Shown: piece by piece, positions 1 through 7,666 of the stretch
Layout of the letters: the number at the start of each line of letters is the position of its first letter
Position numbering within the stretch: the first letter of the stretch is position 1
The notes under the pieces: model-generated
Databases searched by the model: none
The model's input: only the letters and a program-made list of their open reading frames with translations
What the model was told of the DNA's origin: nothing
Program-made: the position numbers and the translations under genes
NCBI GenBank assembly: GCA_035544515.1
Contig: DATKEG010000253.1
Span: 1 to 23,368, forward strand
DNA length: 23,368 bases
Origin: Vicinamibacteria bacterium
GTDB lineage: Bacteria > Acidobacteriota > Vicinamibacteria > Fen-336
Reading direction: 5' to 3'

Positions 1-160
1 CAGCGCGATCGACGAAGCCCCACGCGGAGCGGAGAGCGCCGCATTCCGGTCACGTCCGGCGCTCGCAGCGGAGCGTTTCCGCTCGCGGCGGCGGCGGTTC
101 ATCCGCCGCAGCGCGATCGACGAAGCCCCACGCGGAGCGGAGAGCGCCGCATTCCGGTCA
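1..160. repeat. Perfect 52-bp direct repeat x2 (1-52 and 109-160) separated by a 56-bp unrelated spacer. The second copy ends exactly on the stop codon of the M28 peptidase gene.
   Basis: Direct reading: cagcgcgatcgacgaagccccacgcggagcggagagcgccgcattccggtca occurs identically at 1-52 and 109-160 (period 108). The first copy abuts the window edge, so more copies may lie upstream. Confidence 0.9.
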
Positions 161-1807
161 ATGCTCCGTTTCGGTGGGCGCCGGATCGGGGGGCGACTCG
201 CGCGGCAGCGGCTTGCGGGGGAACCGTTCCTCGCGCATGGCCGCGTGGTAGGCGAACGAGGCCAGGATGGCCGAGGCCTGCACGAGGTCGTCCCGCTCCA
301 CGCGATCGTAGAGGTCGAGGTTCGTGTGGTGGGTCCGCGTCGAGTAGTCCGCGTCGTCCTGGATGAACTGGAACCCGGGCAAGCCCACGGCGTCGAACGG
401 GACGTGGTCGGTGCTCCCCGTGTTGCGGTTCGAGACGGTGGTGGCTCCGAGGTCGGCGAACGGACGGAGCCACGCCTCGAAGATGGGCACGGCGGCCGCG
501 TTCTGCTGGGTGTAGACGCCGCGGATGCGGCCCGTCCCGTTGTCCACGTTGAAGTAGGCCGACAGGTGCGCGTGGTCGGGCCGCAGCGTCAGCGGGCCGG
601 TGACCCGGCGCAGGTACGACGGCAGGCTCCTCTCCGCCGGATCGGCCGGCTCCGGCCGCGACCCGAAGTGCTCGCGGACGTAGGCGCGGGCGCCCAGCAG
701 TCCCTGCTCCTCGCCCGTCCACAGCGCGACGCGGATGGTGCGGCGCGGCTGCACGTCGAGCGCCCTGAGGATGCGCGCCGCCTCCATCACCACGGCGGAG
801 CCGGCGCCGTTGTCCGTGGCGCCCGTGCCTCCGTGCCAGGAATCGAGGTGCGCGCCCAGCATGACCACCTCGTCGCGGCCGGGGATCTCCGCCACCGTGT
901 TGTAGGCCATGACGTCGCCGTCCAGGAAGCGGGCGCGCACCTCGATCTCCAGCTCCACCGGCGTGCCGCGGTCCACCAGGCGCACCAGGCGGTTGTAGTG
1001 CTCGGCCGCCATGACCAGGGCGGTGACGCCGGGGTTCTCGTCCGGGTGGCGGGAGCCGCCCCCGGCCACGCGCACCAGCGCTCCCTCGCGCGCGCTCGCC
1101 TCCACCGTGGCCAGCACGTTCTCCGCCGCCAGGAACTCGCGCAAGGCCTTCTCGAAACGCGCGCGGCGCAGGGCGCCTTCCCGGTCACGCGGCCGCCGCG
1201 GCCTCCGCCCGTCCTCTCCCGCGCCGAACTCGGCGAGCCGCCGCAGCTCGGCGTCGCTGTAGCGGCTGAAGAGCGGCCGGTCCGGGCCCTTCAGCTCGCG
1301 CGCGTCGTCGAGCAGCACGACCCTGCCCGCGAGCTTCCCCTTCGCCCGCTCGAGGTCGCCCTCCGCCTCGAGCTTCCACTTCACCACCGCGCCGCGCCGG
1401 GGCCCGTCCGTGCCCGGCGTCCACGCCTTGGGCAAGGCGATCAGCGGCACGGCGGCGGGCGAGACCATGTGCACGGAGGCGCGCTCGAACGTCCAACCCC
1501 GGCCGAACGGCCCCCACTTCTCGAGCCGCGCGCCCTGCAGGCCCCAGGACTCGAGCTGCCCGCGCGTCCACTCGTTGGCCTCGCGCAGCTGCGGGGAGCC
1601 GGTGAGCCGCGGGCCGATGACGTCCGTGAGGTGCGCGAGCGTGTCCATGACCTTCGAGTTGTTGAAGGCCTCGTCACGTATGCGGGTCACCATGGCGAGG
1701 TCGACGGGCTCCTCCGCGCCCGGCGTGGCCGGCGCGGTGCCCGCGCCGAGGACGAGTGCGAGTGCGAGTGCGAGTGCGAGTCTTGGACCGGGCCGGCGTC
1801 GCGTCAT
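158..1807 (-). CDS. Secreted M28-family zinc aminopeptidase (PA-domain/M28 type).
   Basis: 549-aa ORF with an N-terminal signal peptide (MTRRRPGPRLALALALALVLGAGTAPA). M28 zinc-ligand region LGAHLDSWHGGTGATDNGAGSAVVMEAARIL; downstream EEQGLLG and NVDNGTG motifs typical of M28. Confidence 0.85.
   Translation of the reverse strand: MTRRRPGPRLALALALALVLGAGTAPATPGAEEPVDLAMVTRIRDEAFNNSKVMDTLAHLTDVIGPRLTGSPQLREANEWTRGQLESWGLQGARLEKWGPFGRGWTFERASVHMVSPAAVPLIALPKAWTPGTDGPRRGAVVKWKLEAEGDLERAKGKLAGRVVLLDDARELKGPDRPLFSRYSDAELRRLAEFGAGEDGRRPRRPRDREGALRRARFEKALREFLAAENVLATVEASAREGALVRVAGGGSRHPDENPGVTALVMAAEHYNRLVRLVDRGTPVELEIEVRARFLDGDVMAYNTVAEIPGRDEVVMLGAHLDSWHGGTGATDNGAGSAVVMEAARILRALDVQPRRTIRVALWTGEEQGLLGARAYVREHFGSRPEPADPAERSLPSYLRRVTGPLTLRPDHAHLSAYFNVDNGTGRIRGVYTQQNAAAVPIFEAWLRPFADLGATTVSNRNTGSTDHVPFDAVGLPGFQFIQDDADYSTRTHHTNLDLYDRVERDDLVQASAILASFAYHAAMREERFPRKPLPRESPPDPAPTETEH
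1754..1782. repeat. Hexanucleotide microsatellite (GAGTGC)x4 plus a partial unit inside the peptidase signal peptide. It encodes the (Leu-Ala)n stretch.
   Basis: gagtgcgagtgcgagtgcgagtgcgagtc read directly. The in-frame 6-nt unit corresponds to LALALALAL in the h-region of the signal peptide. Confidence 0.85.
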
Positions 1808-1848
1808 GGGACGGGGACGAAGCTAACACCCGGTCCAAGCAGGGTCAA

Positions 1849-1874
1849 TGCGGTTCAGCCCTGCGGTTCAGCCC
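1849..1874. repeat. Perfect 13-bp tandem duplication (TGCGGTTCAGCCC x2). The second copy contains the TGA stop of the MBL-fold hydrolase gene.
   Basis: tgcggttcagccc at 1849-1861 and again at 1862-1874. The stop codon tca (minus strand) is at 1868-1870. Confidence 0.85.
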
Positions 1875-2509
1875 TCGTTCAAGAAGGGATTGCGCCGGCG
1901 CTCCCCGCCGACGGTCGTCTCCGGGCCGTGGCCGGGGACGACGCGCGTGGCGTCGTCGAGGGTGAGCAGGTGCCTGCGGATCGAGGCGATCTCCTGGTCG
2001 AAGTCGCCGCCCCAGAGGTCGGTGCGGCCGATGCTGCCCGCGAACAGCGTGTCACCCGAGAGGACGAGCGGCTCCTGGCCGTCCAGGCGGAAGCAGAGGC
2101 TGCCCGGCGTGTGCCCCGGCGTGTGCAGGACCTCCGCGGCCACGGCACCGGCGTGCACGCGGTCGCCATGCGCCAGGTGCTCGTCCACCTCCGCGCGCGG
2201 CGGCTCGGGGATGAGGCCACCCATCCATTGCGACTGCATGCGCAGGTTGTCGTAGAGCGGAAGGTCGGCCTCGTGCAGCATCAGCCGCGCGCCGGTGGCT
2301 TCCTTGAGCGCGTGGTTCGCGCCGACGTGGTCGATGTGGGCGTGCGTGTTCAGGATCGCCGTGCAGCGCAGGCCGTGCTGGCGCAGCGCGGCCAGGATCT
2401 TGTCCACCTCGTCGCCGGGATCCACGACGATGGCCTCGCCCTTCTCCGGGTCCCCCAGGATCGTGCAGTTGCAGCGCAGGGCCCCGACCGGCACGACCGT
2501 GACGAGCAT
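1868..2509 (-). CDS. MBL-fold metallo-hydrolase (glyoxalase II / hydroxyacylglutathione hydrolase-like).
   Basis: 213 aa with ATG start. Metallo-beta-lactamase HxHxDH motif (NTHAHIDHVG), plus downstream HTPGHTPGS and GDTLFAGSIGRTD typical of the glyoxalase II family. Confidence 0.85.
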   Translation of the reverse strand: MLVTVVPVGALRCNCTILGDPEKGEAIVVDPGDEVDKILAALRQHGLRCTAILNTHAHIDHVGANHALKEATGARLMLHEADLPLYDNLRMQSQWMGGLIPEPPRAEVDEHLAHGDRVHAGAVAAEVLHTPGHTPGSLCFRLDGQEPLVLSGDTLFAGSIGRTDLWGGDFDQEIASIRRHLLTLDDATRVVPGHGPETTVGGERRRNPFLNEG

Positions 2510-2564
2510 CGGAGCATCTTAGTCCGGCCGCTCGGCGTGCGCGTGGGGTTCTGATCGGCGGCGG

Positions 2565-4529
2565 CTACAGGCGCAGGCTGTTGGCGTGGTACCAGTAGTC
2601 GCGCAGCTGCAGGGCGAGCGCGGCGGCCACCGCCGCCGCGCTCGCCGTCCACCTCATCCACGCGCGGGGCAGGCTCCAGGCCGCGCCCGCGATCAAGAGG
2701 GCGAGGAGCGGCGAGAGGAACTGGTCCTCCTTGGCCCAGCGCAGCAGCCGCGGCAGGAAGGCCGGCTCCTTCAGGACCATGACCAGGACCCAGGCGCAGA
2801 GCCAGGCGGTCAGCACCGGGCGGCCGGCCGGCCAGGCGCGCCGCAGCGCGAGCGGCGCGGCGACGAGGCCGGCCAGCACGGGGATCCAGAAACCGAGCCG
2901 CCAGACGCGCAGCGCCTGGCGCGATTCGTTGTGGAAGAAGGCGAAGGTCGCGCCACGGAACAGGTCCGGCTCGGCCTCGACGCCGGCCGCGCCGGCGAGC
3001 ACGCCCGGCACGTAGTGACCGTAGTAGACGGCCAGGGCCAGCAGGCCCCCGGCGGCCATCGCCATCGACGCGCCGAGGCGGGCGCGCGGGGGAACCCCGC
3101 GCGCGTCCAGGGCCAGCGAGAGCAGGAAGACGACGCCGAACAGCCCCACGAGCACGAGGGCGCTCGAGTAGCCGAGCGCGGCGGCGCACAGGAGCAGCGC
3201 GGCCGCCGCGATCCGGCGCGGGCGGTCCATCTCCTCGGCGTGCCGCGCCAGGAAGCACAGGGCGGCGAGCGTGAGGGCGGCCCCGAACGAGGCCGGCGCA
3301 TGGGCCCGCCCGAGGTGGTGCCACAGGGGCAGGTCCAGCGCGTACAGGAGCGCGGCGAGCCAGGCGGCGCCGGCGCTCCACAGGCGCGCCGCGGCCAGGA
3401 AGAACGCCGGCACCACGGCCATGAGCAGGGCGGCGTTGAACGCCGACATGGCCCAGTGGAGGTCGAGGCCGGCCCGCGCGAGCCCGTAGTAGAAGAGGTA
3501 CGGCAGCGGCGAGTAGGGGATGAGCGTGCTCGTGCCGAACAGGTCCGACCCCGGAGCCGCCACCTGCGAGCGCGTGGGCAGGTGCGAGCCGTAGCGCAGG
3601 AGCGCTTCCCTCTCCAGCGGCACCGCCGCGAAGTCGAGCGTGCGCGTGACGTGCGTCTCGAGGTCCGGCGGGTTGTGGTTGGGGAAGAAGGGCAGCGCGC
3701 CGTGGACCGTCGTTCCGGCGGCCACGAGCCAGGCGAGGCGGCGGCGGTCCCTCCCCGGCAGGCGACGCAGGAGCGCGTGCGCGCCGAGGCCGGCGAGAAG
3801 CGCCAGGGGAACCAGGCGCGGAGCCGCCGCCGCCACGGGCAGGACCGCGACGCGCGCGAGGGCAACCGTGGTGAGCGCGCCGGCCACGCTGGCCGCGGCG
3901 GCGGTTCCGGGGCCGGCGATCCGCGAGGCGAAAGCGAACACCGCCGCGGGCACGAGCGCCAGCCCGAGGCAGGCCGCCGCGCCCAGGCGAAAGCCGCGCG
4001 GCGCGTGCAGGTCGACGAAATCGACGAGCACCTCCGGGTTCCCCACGTGGTCGCCCGCCACCCGGGCCAGAGGCCGCAGCGACAGGCTCAGCCGCAGTCC
4101 GCGGCCCGCCAGCTCCGCCGGAACGTCGACGTCGTAGCGCGCCCAGGGTCCGGTGCCGGCCAGGACCTCGCCGGCCCGCCGCCCGTCCACGAAGACGCCC
4201 AGGCTGCTGCGCACCACCGCGCGCGCGCGCCACGAAAGGCGTACCGGGCCCGGCGAGGCGAGCGGCACGTCGAGGCGGCTGCCGGGCCGTGCGATGCGGT
4301 AGTAGAACGAGAGGACGTCGTCGGTGGCGGCCTGCGGGTCGATCTCCGCCCGCTGTGTGCGGGACCAGGGACCGTCCACCATCCCGCCGTCGTACGCGCC
4401 GAGCTCGAGGCGCACCGGACCGGGCCCGGCGAACCGAACGGCGAGCGCGGTGGCCACGGTGGCGACGAGGGCCACGAGCGCGGCGCGCGGATAGCGCGTG
4501 GGAGGCGGCTTTTCGGGGGCGGGCGCCAA
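2565..4529 (-). CDS. Large polytopic integral membrane protein of unknown function. It has one N-terminal TM helix, a periplasmic domain of about 130 aa, then at least 10 TM helices (possibly GT-C-like or a DUF).
   Basis: 654-aa ORF with many long hydrophobic segments (e.g. ALVALVATVATALAV, AAACLGLALVPAAVFAF, GLFGVVFLLSLAL, GFWIPVLAGLVAAPLAL). The overlapping ORFs on the + strand (2586..4652) and in another minus frame (2350..4233) translate to Arg/Gly low-complexity sequence and are rejected. The TTG start at 4529 has no clear SD, so the true start could be a downstream GTG. Confidence 0.6.
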   Translation of the reverse strand: MAPAPEKPPPTRYPRAALVALVATVATALAVRFAGPGPVRLELGAYDGGMVDGPWSRTQRAEIDPQAATDDVLSFYYRIARPGSRLDVPLASPGPVRLSWRARAVVRSSLGVFVDGRRAGEVLAGTGPWARYDVDVPAELAGRGLRLSLSLRPLARVAGDHVGNPEVLVDFVDLHAPRGFRLGAAACLGLALVPAAVFAFASRIAGPGTAAAASVAGALTTVALARVAVLPVAAAAPRLVPLALLAGLGAHALLRRLPGRDRRRLAWLVAAGTTVHGALPFFPNHNPPDLETHVTRTLDFAAVPLEREALLRYGSHLPTRSQVAAPGSDLFGTSTLIPYSPLPYLFYYGLARAGLDLHWAMSAFNAALLMAVVPAFFLAAARLWSAGAAWLAALLYALDLPLWHHLGRAHAPASFGAALTLAALCFLARHAEEMDRPRRIAAAALLLCAAALGYSSALVLVGLFGVVFLLSLALDARGVPPRARLGASMAMAAGGLLALAVYYGHYVPGVLAGAAGVEAEPDLFRGATFAFFHNESRQALRVWRLGFWIPVLAGLVAAPLALRRAWPAGRPVLTAWLCAWVLVMVLKEPAFLPRLLRWAKEDQFLSPLLALLIAGAAWSLPRAWMRWTASAAAVAAALALQLRDYWYHANSLRL

Positions 4530-4661
4530 GCGGAGAGAGCGAACTTCACATACGCGGGAGGCGGGGTCAAGCCGGCCGCCGGAAATGCCGCCCCGGTGGT
4601 GCCGGGAAAAACGCCGGCCGGCCCCCCGGCGCGGATCGGCATGCTAAGGTGATGGCATGAG

Positions 4662-4690
4662 GCGTGGTCCCGACCACGCGTTTCTGCTAC
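4662..4690 (+). promoter_or_regulatory. 5'UTR stem-loop (7-bp stem gcgtggt/accacgc, loop cccg) followed by a GTTTCTGCT tract, about 65 nt upstream of the RRM-protein start codon. Candidate attenuator or riboregulatory hairpin.
   Basis: Read directly: ggcgtggtcccgaccacgcgtttctgct. No + strand gene lies upstream (the neighbouring gene is divergent), so this is not a terminator for an upstream gene. Confidence 0.35.
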
Positions 4691-4753
4691 AGTCGCACGA
4701 TCCCCGGCCGCCGCGCCCCGGGGATTCCTTCGGCTTTTCCGCGAGGAGAGGCA

Positions 4754-5242
4754 ATGGGCGGCCCGGACAGCGTTAGAGGAGAACCGGCCATTTCGAACAA
4801 GGTGTTCGTGGGTAACCTGAGCTTCGACGTCACCCGTGACGAGTTGATCGAAGCTTTCGGCGCCGCAGGCAAGGTGGTGGACGCGAAGGTGCCCACCGAT
4901 CGTGAGACCGGCCGACCCCGGGGTTTCGCGTTCGTGGAGTTCGAGGACGACGAGGCCGCACAGAAGTCGATCTCGCTCATGAACGGCAAGGACCTCAAAG
5001 GTCGGCCGCTGCGCGTCAACGAGGCGGAGAACCGGCCACCGCGTCCACCCGGCGCGGGCGGGGCCGGCTATCGTCCGTCGTTCGGTGCGGGCAGACCCTA
5101 CGGCGGATCGTCCTACGGAGGGCCGCCCTCGTTCGGGGCCCCGGGCGGACTGGGCGAGTTCCCGACCGACGACCGTGGCCGCCCCTTCAAGAACAAGGGC
5201 AGCCGCCGCAACATCCGGCGCCGCAAGCGCGGTTTCGACTAG
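4754..5242 (+). CDS. RNA-binding protein with a single RRM domain, a glycine-rich tail and a basic C-terminus.
   Basis: RNP2 VFVGNL and RNP1 RGFAFVEF motifs. Strong SD gaggagagg 5 nt upstream of the ATG at 4754. The upstream in-frame extension to 4664 lacks an RBS and is rejected. The C-terminus is GGAGYRPSFGAGRPYGGSSYGG...RRNIRRRKRGFD. Confidence 0.85.
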   Translation: MGGPDSVRGEPAISNKVFVGNLSFDVTRDELIEAFGAAGKVVDAKVPTDRETGRPRGFAFVEFEDDEAAQKSISLMNGKDLKGRPLRVNEAENRPPRPPGAGGAGYRPSFGAGRPYGGSSYGGPPSFGAPGGLGEFPTDDRGRPFKNKGSRRNIRRRKRGFD

Positions 5243-5344
5243 TACTAGTCGGTCCTCCGGCGGCCAGCGCGCTCATCGGTCGAAGCCGTAGGCTTGGCCG
5301 CCGCGCCCCATACCGTCCCCACGAGCGCACGAAGCCGAAAAAAA

Positions 5345-5380
5345 GCCCGGGAGGCAATCGGCCTCCCGGGCCACGCTCTT
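5345..5380 (+). terminator. Rho-independent terminator of the RRM gene. It has a perfect 11-bp stem, is preceded by an A7 tract and followed by a T-containing tail, so it may act bidirectionally.
   Basis: aaaaaaa-gcccgggaggc-aatcg-gcctcccgggc-cacgctcttt. Stem gcccgggaggc/gcctcccgggc at 5345-5355 and 5361-5371. Confidence 0.7.
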
Positions 5381-5687
5381 TGGGGCATTCACCCCTTGAC
5401 GCACATCGAAGCGCGTCCTTTGTACGTCTACGATACGACTGGTCCGTCTAGTCGGGCGGGGCTTTTACGCCCCTTCAAGGTCCGGTGGAGTAACTTCCAT
5501 CGCACCTCCGTCGGCTAGCACGTCCCCCATACGACTTTGCGTCTACGTCTCGTGTACGTCGCACGTTACGTCGTCCGCCACGCTACGTTTCGCACGTTAC
5601 GTCGCACGCTACGTGTACGCTGCGTCATCTCCAATATCGTCCCCGCCACCGGGCCTGTCAAGGGAAAACGCGCATGCGCCCGCCCCT

Positions 5688-7109
5688 TCAACGCACCAGG
5701 TGATAACGCGTCTGGCGCTCGAGCACCCACGACACCTTGCCGTCCGCCCCGAGCACGGCGTCCTCCTCCTGGGCGGAGCGCACATGCTGGCCACCCCACT
5801 CCGGCACCGTGGTCGTGGCCTGCAACTCGATGGAGAACCAGGTGGATGGCATCAGCAGGACGTCCCCTCGACCCGGGACCGCCTGCTGCCGGTCCCAGAG
5901 CCCGACCAGCGGCCCGGCCCCGTGGCCGTGGTCCCCGATCGGGTGCGTGTAGACGCTGCCCTCGATCCCGGCGGCCTTCATCGCGGCCAGGGTGTCCGCG
6001 AGCACGTCGTTGCCCGTGCGGCCGGGCCTCATGCGTTCGAGGAGCAGGTCCTGCAGACGGTTGGACCGCGCCAGCGCCTCCCGGAGCCCGGCGGGCGGCT
6101 CGGTCTCGCCGGCCTTGAGCACGTAACCCACGTGTTGCGTGTCGGTGGCCAGCCCCATGGCCCGGATTCCGAAGTCGGTGTGCAGGTGGTCGCCGCGCTC
6201 GATCACGGTCGCGGAGCTCGCCGCCGTGTACTCGCGCGCGCCCGTGCCGGGTCGCTGCACGCTCACCGAAGGCGGGAACCACTCCCCGAGGCCGAGGTCG
6301 TTCACCTCCTGGCGGAGCCACCACACGACGTCGTCGGTCGTGGTGCGGCCGGGCGTGATGACCTCGCTCGAGAACGCGCGGGCGATCAGCGCATGCACGA
6401 TCCGCATCATCTGCCGGTACGTGGGCAGCATCTCCGGCAGGCGAGCCGCCACGTAGTCCACGGCCAGGTTCTCCGCGCGCACCACCCGCGCCGTCCAGGG
6501 ACCGAGGGCCGCCTCGAGCTGCTCGCGCTCTCCGGCCGAGAGACCGTCCGCGAAGGCGTGCGTGTGGGAGATGTCGAGGGCGATCGTGGCCGGGCGCCGG
6601 TCGTCCACCAGCTTGCGCAGCAGGACCCACTGCGCCTGGCCCCACAGCTCGCGCCCCTCCAGCTCCGGGTCGCGGTAGACCTGGTACAGCCCGCCGTTGG
6701 ACCCGCCGCCGAGGGCCAGCCGTTCGAGGCCCTTCTCGGGGCCCAGGTCGTTGAACACCAGGATGGTGCGCCGCCGCGCCGCCATCACCGAGGGCGACAC
6801 CAGGGAGAAGAACACCGGGTCCTCGTTGTACTCGCGGCAGACGACGATCCACATCGCCGCGCCGTGGCGCCGCATGAGCGGGGGCAGCACGCGCTCGAGC
6901 CGCGCCTGGAGCCACTGTTGCCGGATCCGGTCCTGCTCCCGGAGCGGCGGCAGCGGCGGCGGCATCTCGCCGCGGGGCGCGGGCGGCGACGAGAAGGATG
7001 CCGCGGAGCCGCAGAGGACGAAGAACGCCGAAAGGATCAAGGCCGCGCGCGTGGAGAGGCGCGGGGACGACGGGCGGGAGTGAGGGGCCACTGGCTCTAC
7101 CGCTCTCAT
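5688..7109 (-). CDS. Secreted M24-family metallopeptidase (Xaa-Pro aminopeptidase / prolidase-like, pita-bread fold).
   Basis: M24 catalytic-domain motifs: IVHALIARAF...ITPGRTTTDDVV, HTDFGIRAMGLATDTQHVGYV (metal-binding Asp pair) and HPIGDHGHG. The signal peptide starts at MRAVEPVAPHSRPSSPRLSTRAALILSAFFVLCGSAASFSS (ATG 7109). The upstream in-frame extension to 7346 is Arg-rich and rejected. The exact start is uncertain; an alternative ATG lies at 7145. Confidence 0.7.
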   Translation of the reverse strand: MRAVEPVAPHSRPSSPRLSTRAALILSAFFVLCGSAASFSSPPAPRGEMPPPLPPLREQDRIRQQWLQARLERVLPPLMRRHGAAMWIVVCREYNEDPVFFSLVSPSVMAARRRTILVFNDLGPEKGLERLALGGGSNGGLYQVYRDPELEGRELWGQAQWVLLRKLVDDRRPATIALDISHTHAFADGLSAGEREQLEAALGPWTARVVRAENLAVDYVAARLPEMLPTYRQMMRIVHALIARAFSSEVITPGRTTTDDVVWWLRQEVNDLGLGEWFPPSVSVQRPGTGAREYTAASSATVIERGDHLHTDFGIRAMGLATDTQHVGYVLKAGETEPPAGLREALARSNRLQDLLLERMRPGRTGNDVLADTLAAMKAAGIEGSVYTHPIGDHGHGAGPLVGLWDRQQAVPGRGDVLLMPSTWFSIELQATTTVPEWGGQHVRSAQEEDAVLGADGKVSWVLERQTRYHLVR

Positions 7110-7153
7110 CTCATCACGCGAAGCGTGTCTTGTCGAGGTGATCATCCCTCGTT

Positions 7154-7178
7154 GGGCATTCCACCGGCGGGAATGCCC
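7154..7178. promoter_or_regulatory. Perfect 9-bp inverted repeat GGGCATTCC-N7-GGAATGCCC in the divergent promoter region between the M24 peptidase gene and the DM13 lipoprotein operon. It is followed by a second GC palindrome ccccggggtcccgggg. Candidate operator.
   Basis: Read directly. It lies 45 nt from the M24 start (7109) and 54 nt from the lipoprotein start (7232). Confidence 0.4.
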
Positions 7179-7231
7179 CGGGGTCCCGGGGCGTTTCCAC
7201 ATTCGGGACGGGGCTTTCCGGGAGGTGTGCT

Positions 7232-7666
7232 TTGCGCTCGACCGTCGTGCTCGTCGTGGTCCTCCTCCTGGCTGCGTGCGGTGGCGGGTCGGCGCCGACC
7301 GGACCCTCGGCCCCACCCCCTCCCGCTCCCGCGCCGACGCCGGCACCCGGCCCCGTCGTTCTGCGGCGGGCGGCGCTGACGGGAGCGAACGGCCACTCGG
7401 CCGCGGGCACGGCCGAGATCGTAGGGAGCGGGAGCGCGTTCTCGCTCGAGCTACGCGACGATTTCCGGATCGACACGGGCAGCATCGACGTTTACCTGGC
7501 CAACCAGGCGGACAGCGTCACGGCCGCCGACCGGAACCTGGGCGACCTTCGTTCCCGGAGCGGCGCCCAGAGCTACGCGCTCGCCGATGACGGCGCGGGT
7601 TACCGCTACGTGCTTCTCTGGTGCCGGCCCTTCCGGGTGCCCATCGGGATCGGCGAGCTGCGGTGA
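7232..7666 (+). CDS. Lipoprotein with a DM13 domain.
   Basis: TTG start with GGAGG 6 nt upstream. Lipobox LLAAC. Pro/Ala-rich linker. DM13-like core GHSAAGTAEIVGSGSAFSLELRDDFRIDTGSIDVYLA. Confidence 0.7.
   Translation: MRSTVVLVVVLLLAACGGGSAPTGPSAPPPPAPAPTPAPGPVVLRRAALTGANGHSAAGTAEIVGSGSAFSLELRDDFRIDTGSIDVYLANQADSVTAADRNLGDLRSRSGAQSYALADDGAGYRYVLLWCRPFRVPIGIGELR

Noticed and set aside
1-160. Possible CRISPR array.
   Set aside because: Only two copies are visible. A 52-bp repeat with a 56-bp spacer is outside typical CRISPR geometry, and no cas genes are in the window. The copy also overlaps a gene stop codon. It is kept as a generic direct repeat.
99-722. 207-aa minus ORF overlapping the M28 peptidase 3' end.
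   Set aside because: Alternate frame of the well-supported peptidase gene, with an Arg/Gly-rich translation.
2586-4652. 688-aa + strand ORF (and the 627-aa ORF at 2350..4233 on the minus strand) overlapping the membrane-protein gene.
   Set aside because: Their translations are Arg/Gly/Glu/Pro low-complexity (RRARRPPHPRAGQAPGRARDQEGEERREE...), typical GC-rich shadow frames. The 2565..4529 minus frame instead gives coherent TM helices.
4664-4753. N-terminal extension of the RRM protein (start at 4664 as in the ORF track).
   Set aside because: The strong SD (GAGGAGAGG) precedes the internal ATG at 4754. The extension (MVPTTRFCYSRTIPGRRAPGIPSAFPRGEA) overlaps the predicted 5'UTR hairpin and is not RRM-like.
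5294-5518. 74-aa + strand ORF in the RRM/M24 intergenic region.
   Set aside because: It spans the intrinsic terminator hairpin, has no RBS and has a low-complexity composition. The region is more likely non-coding.
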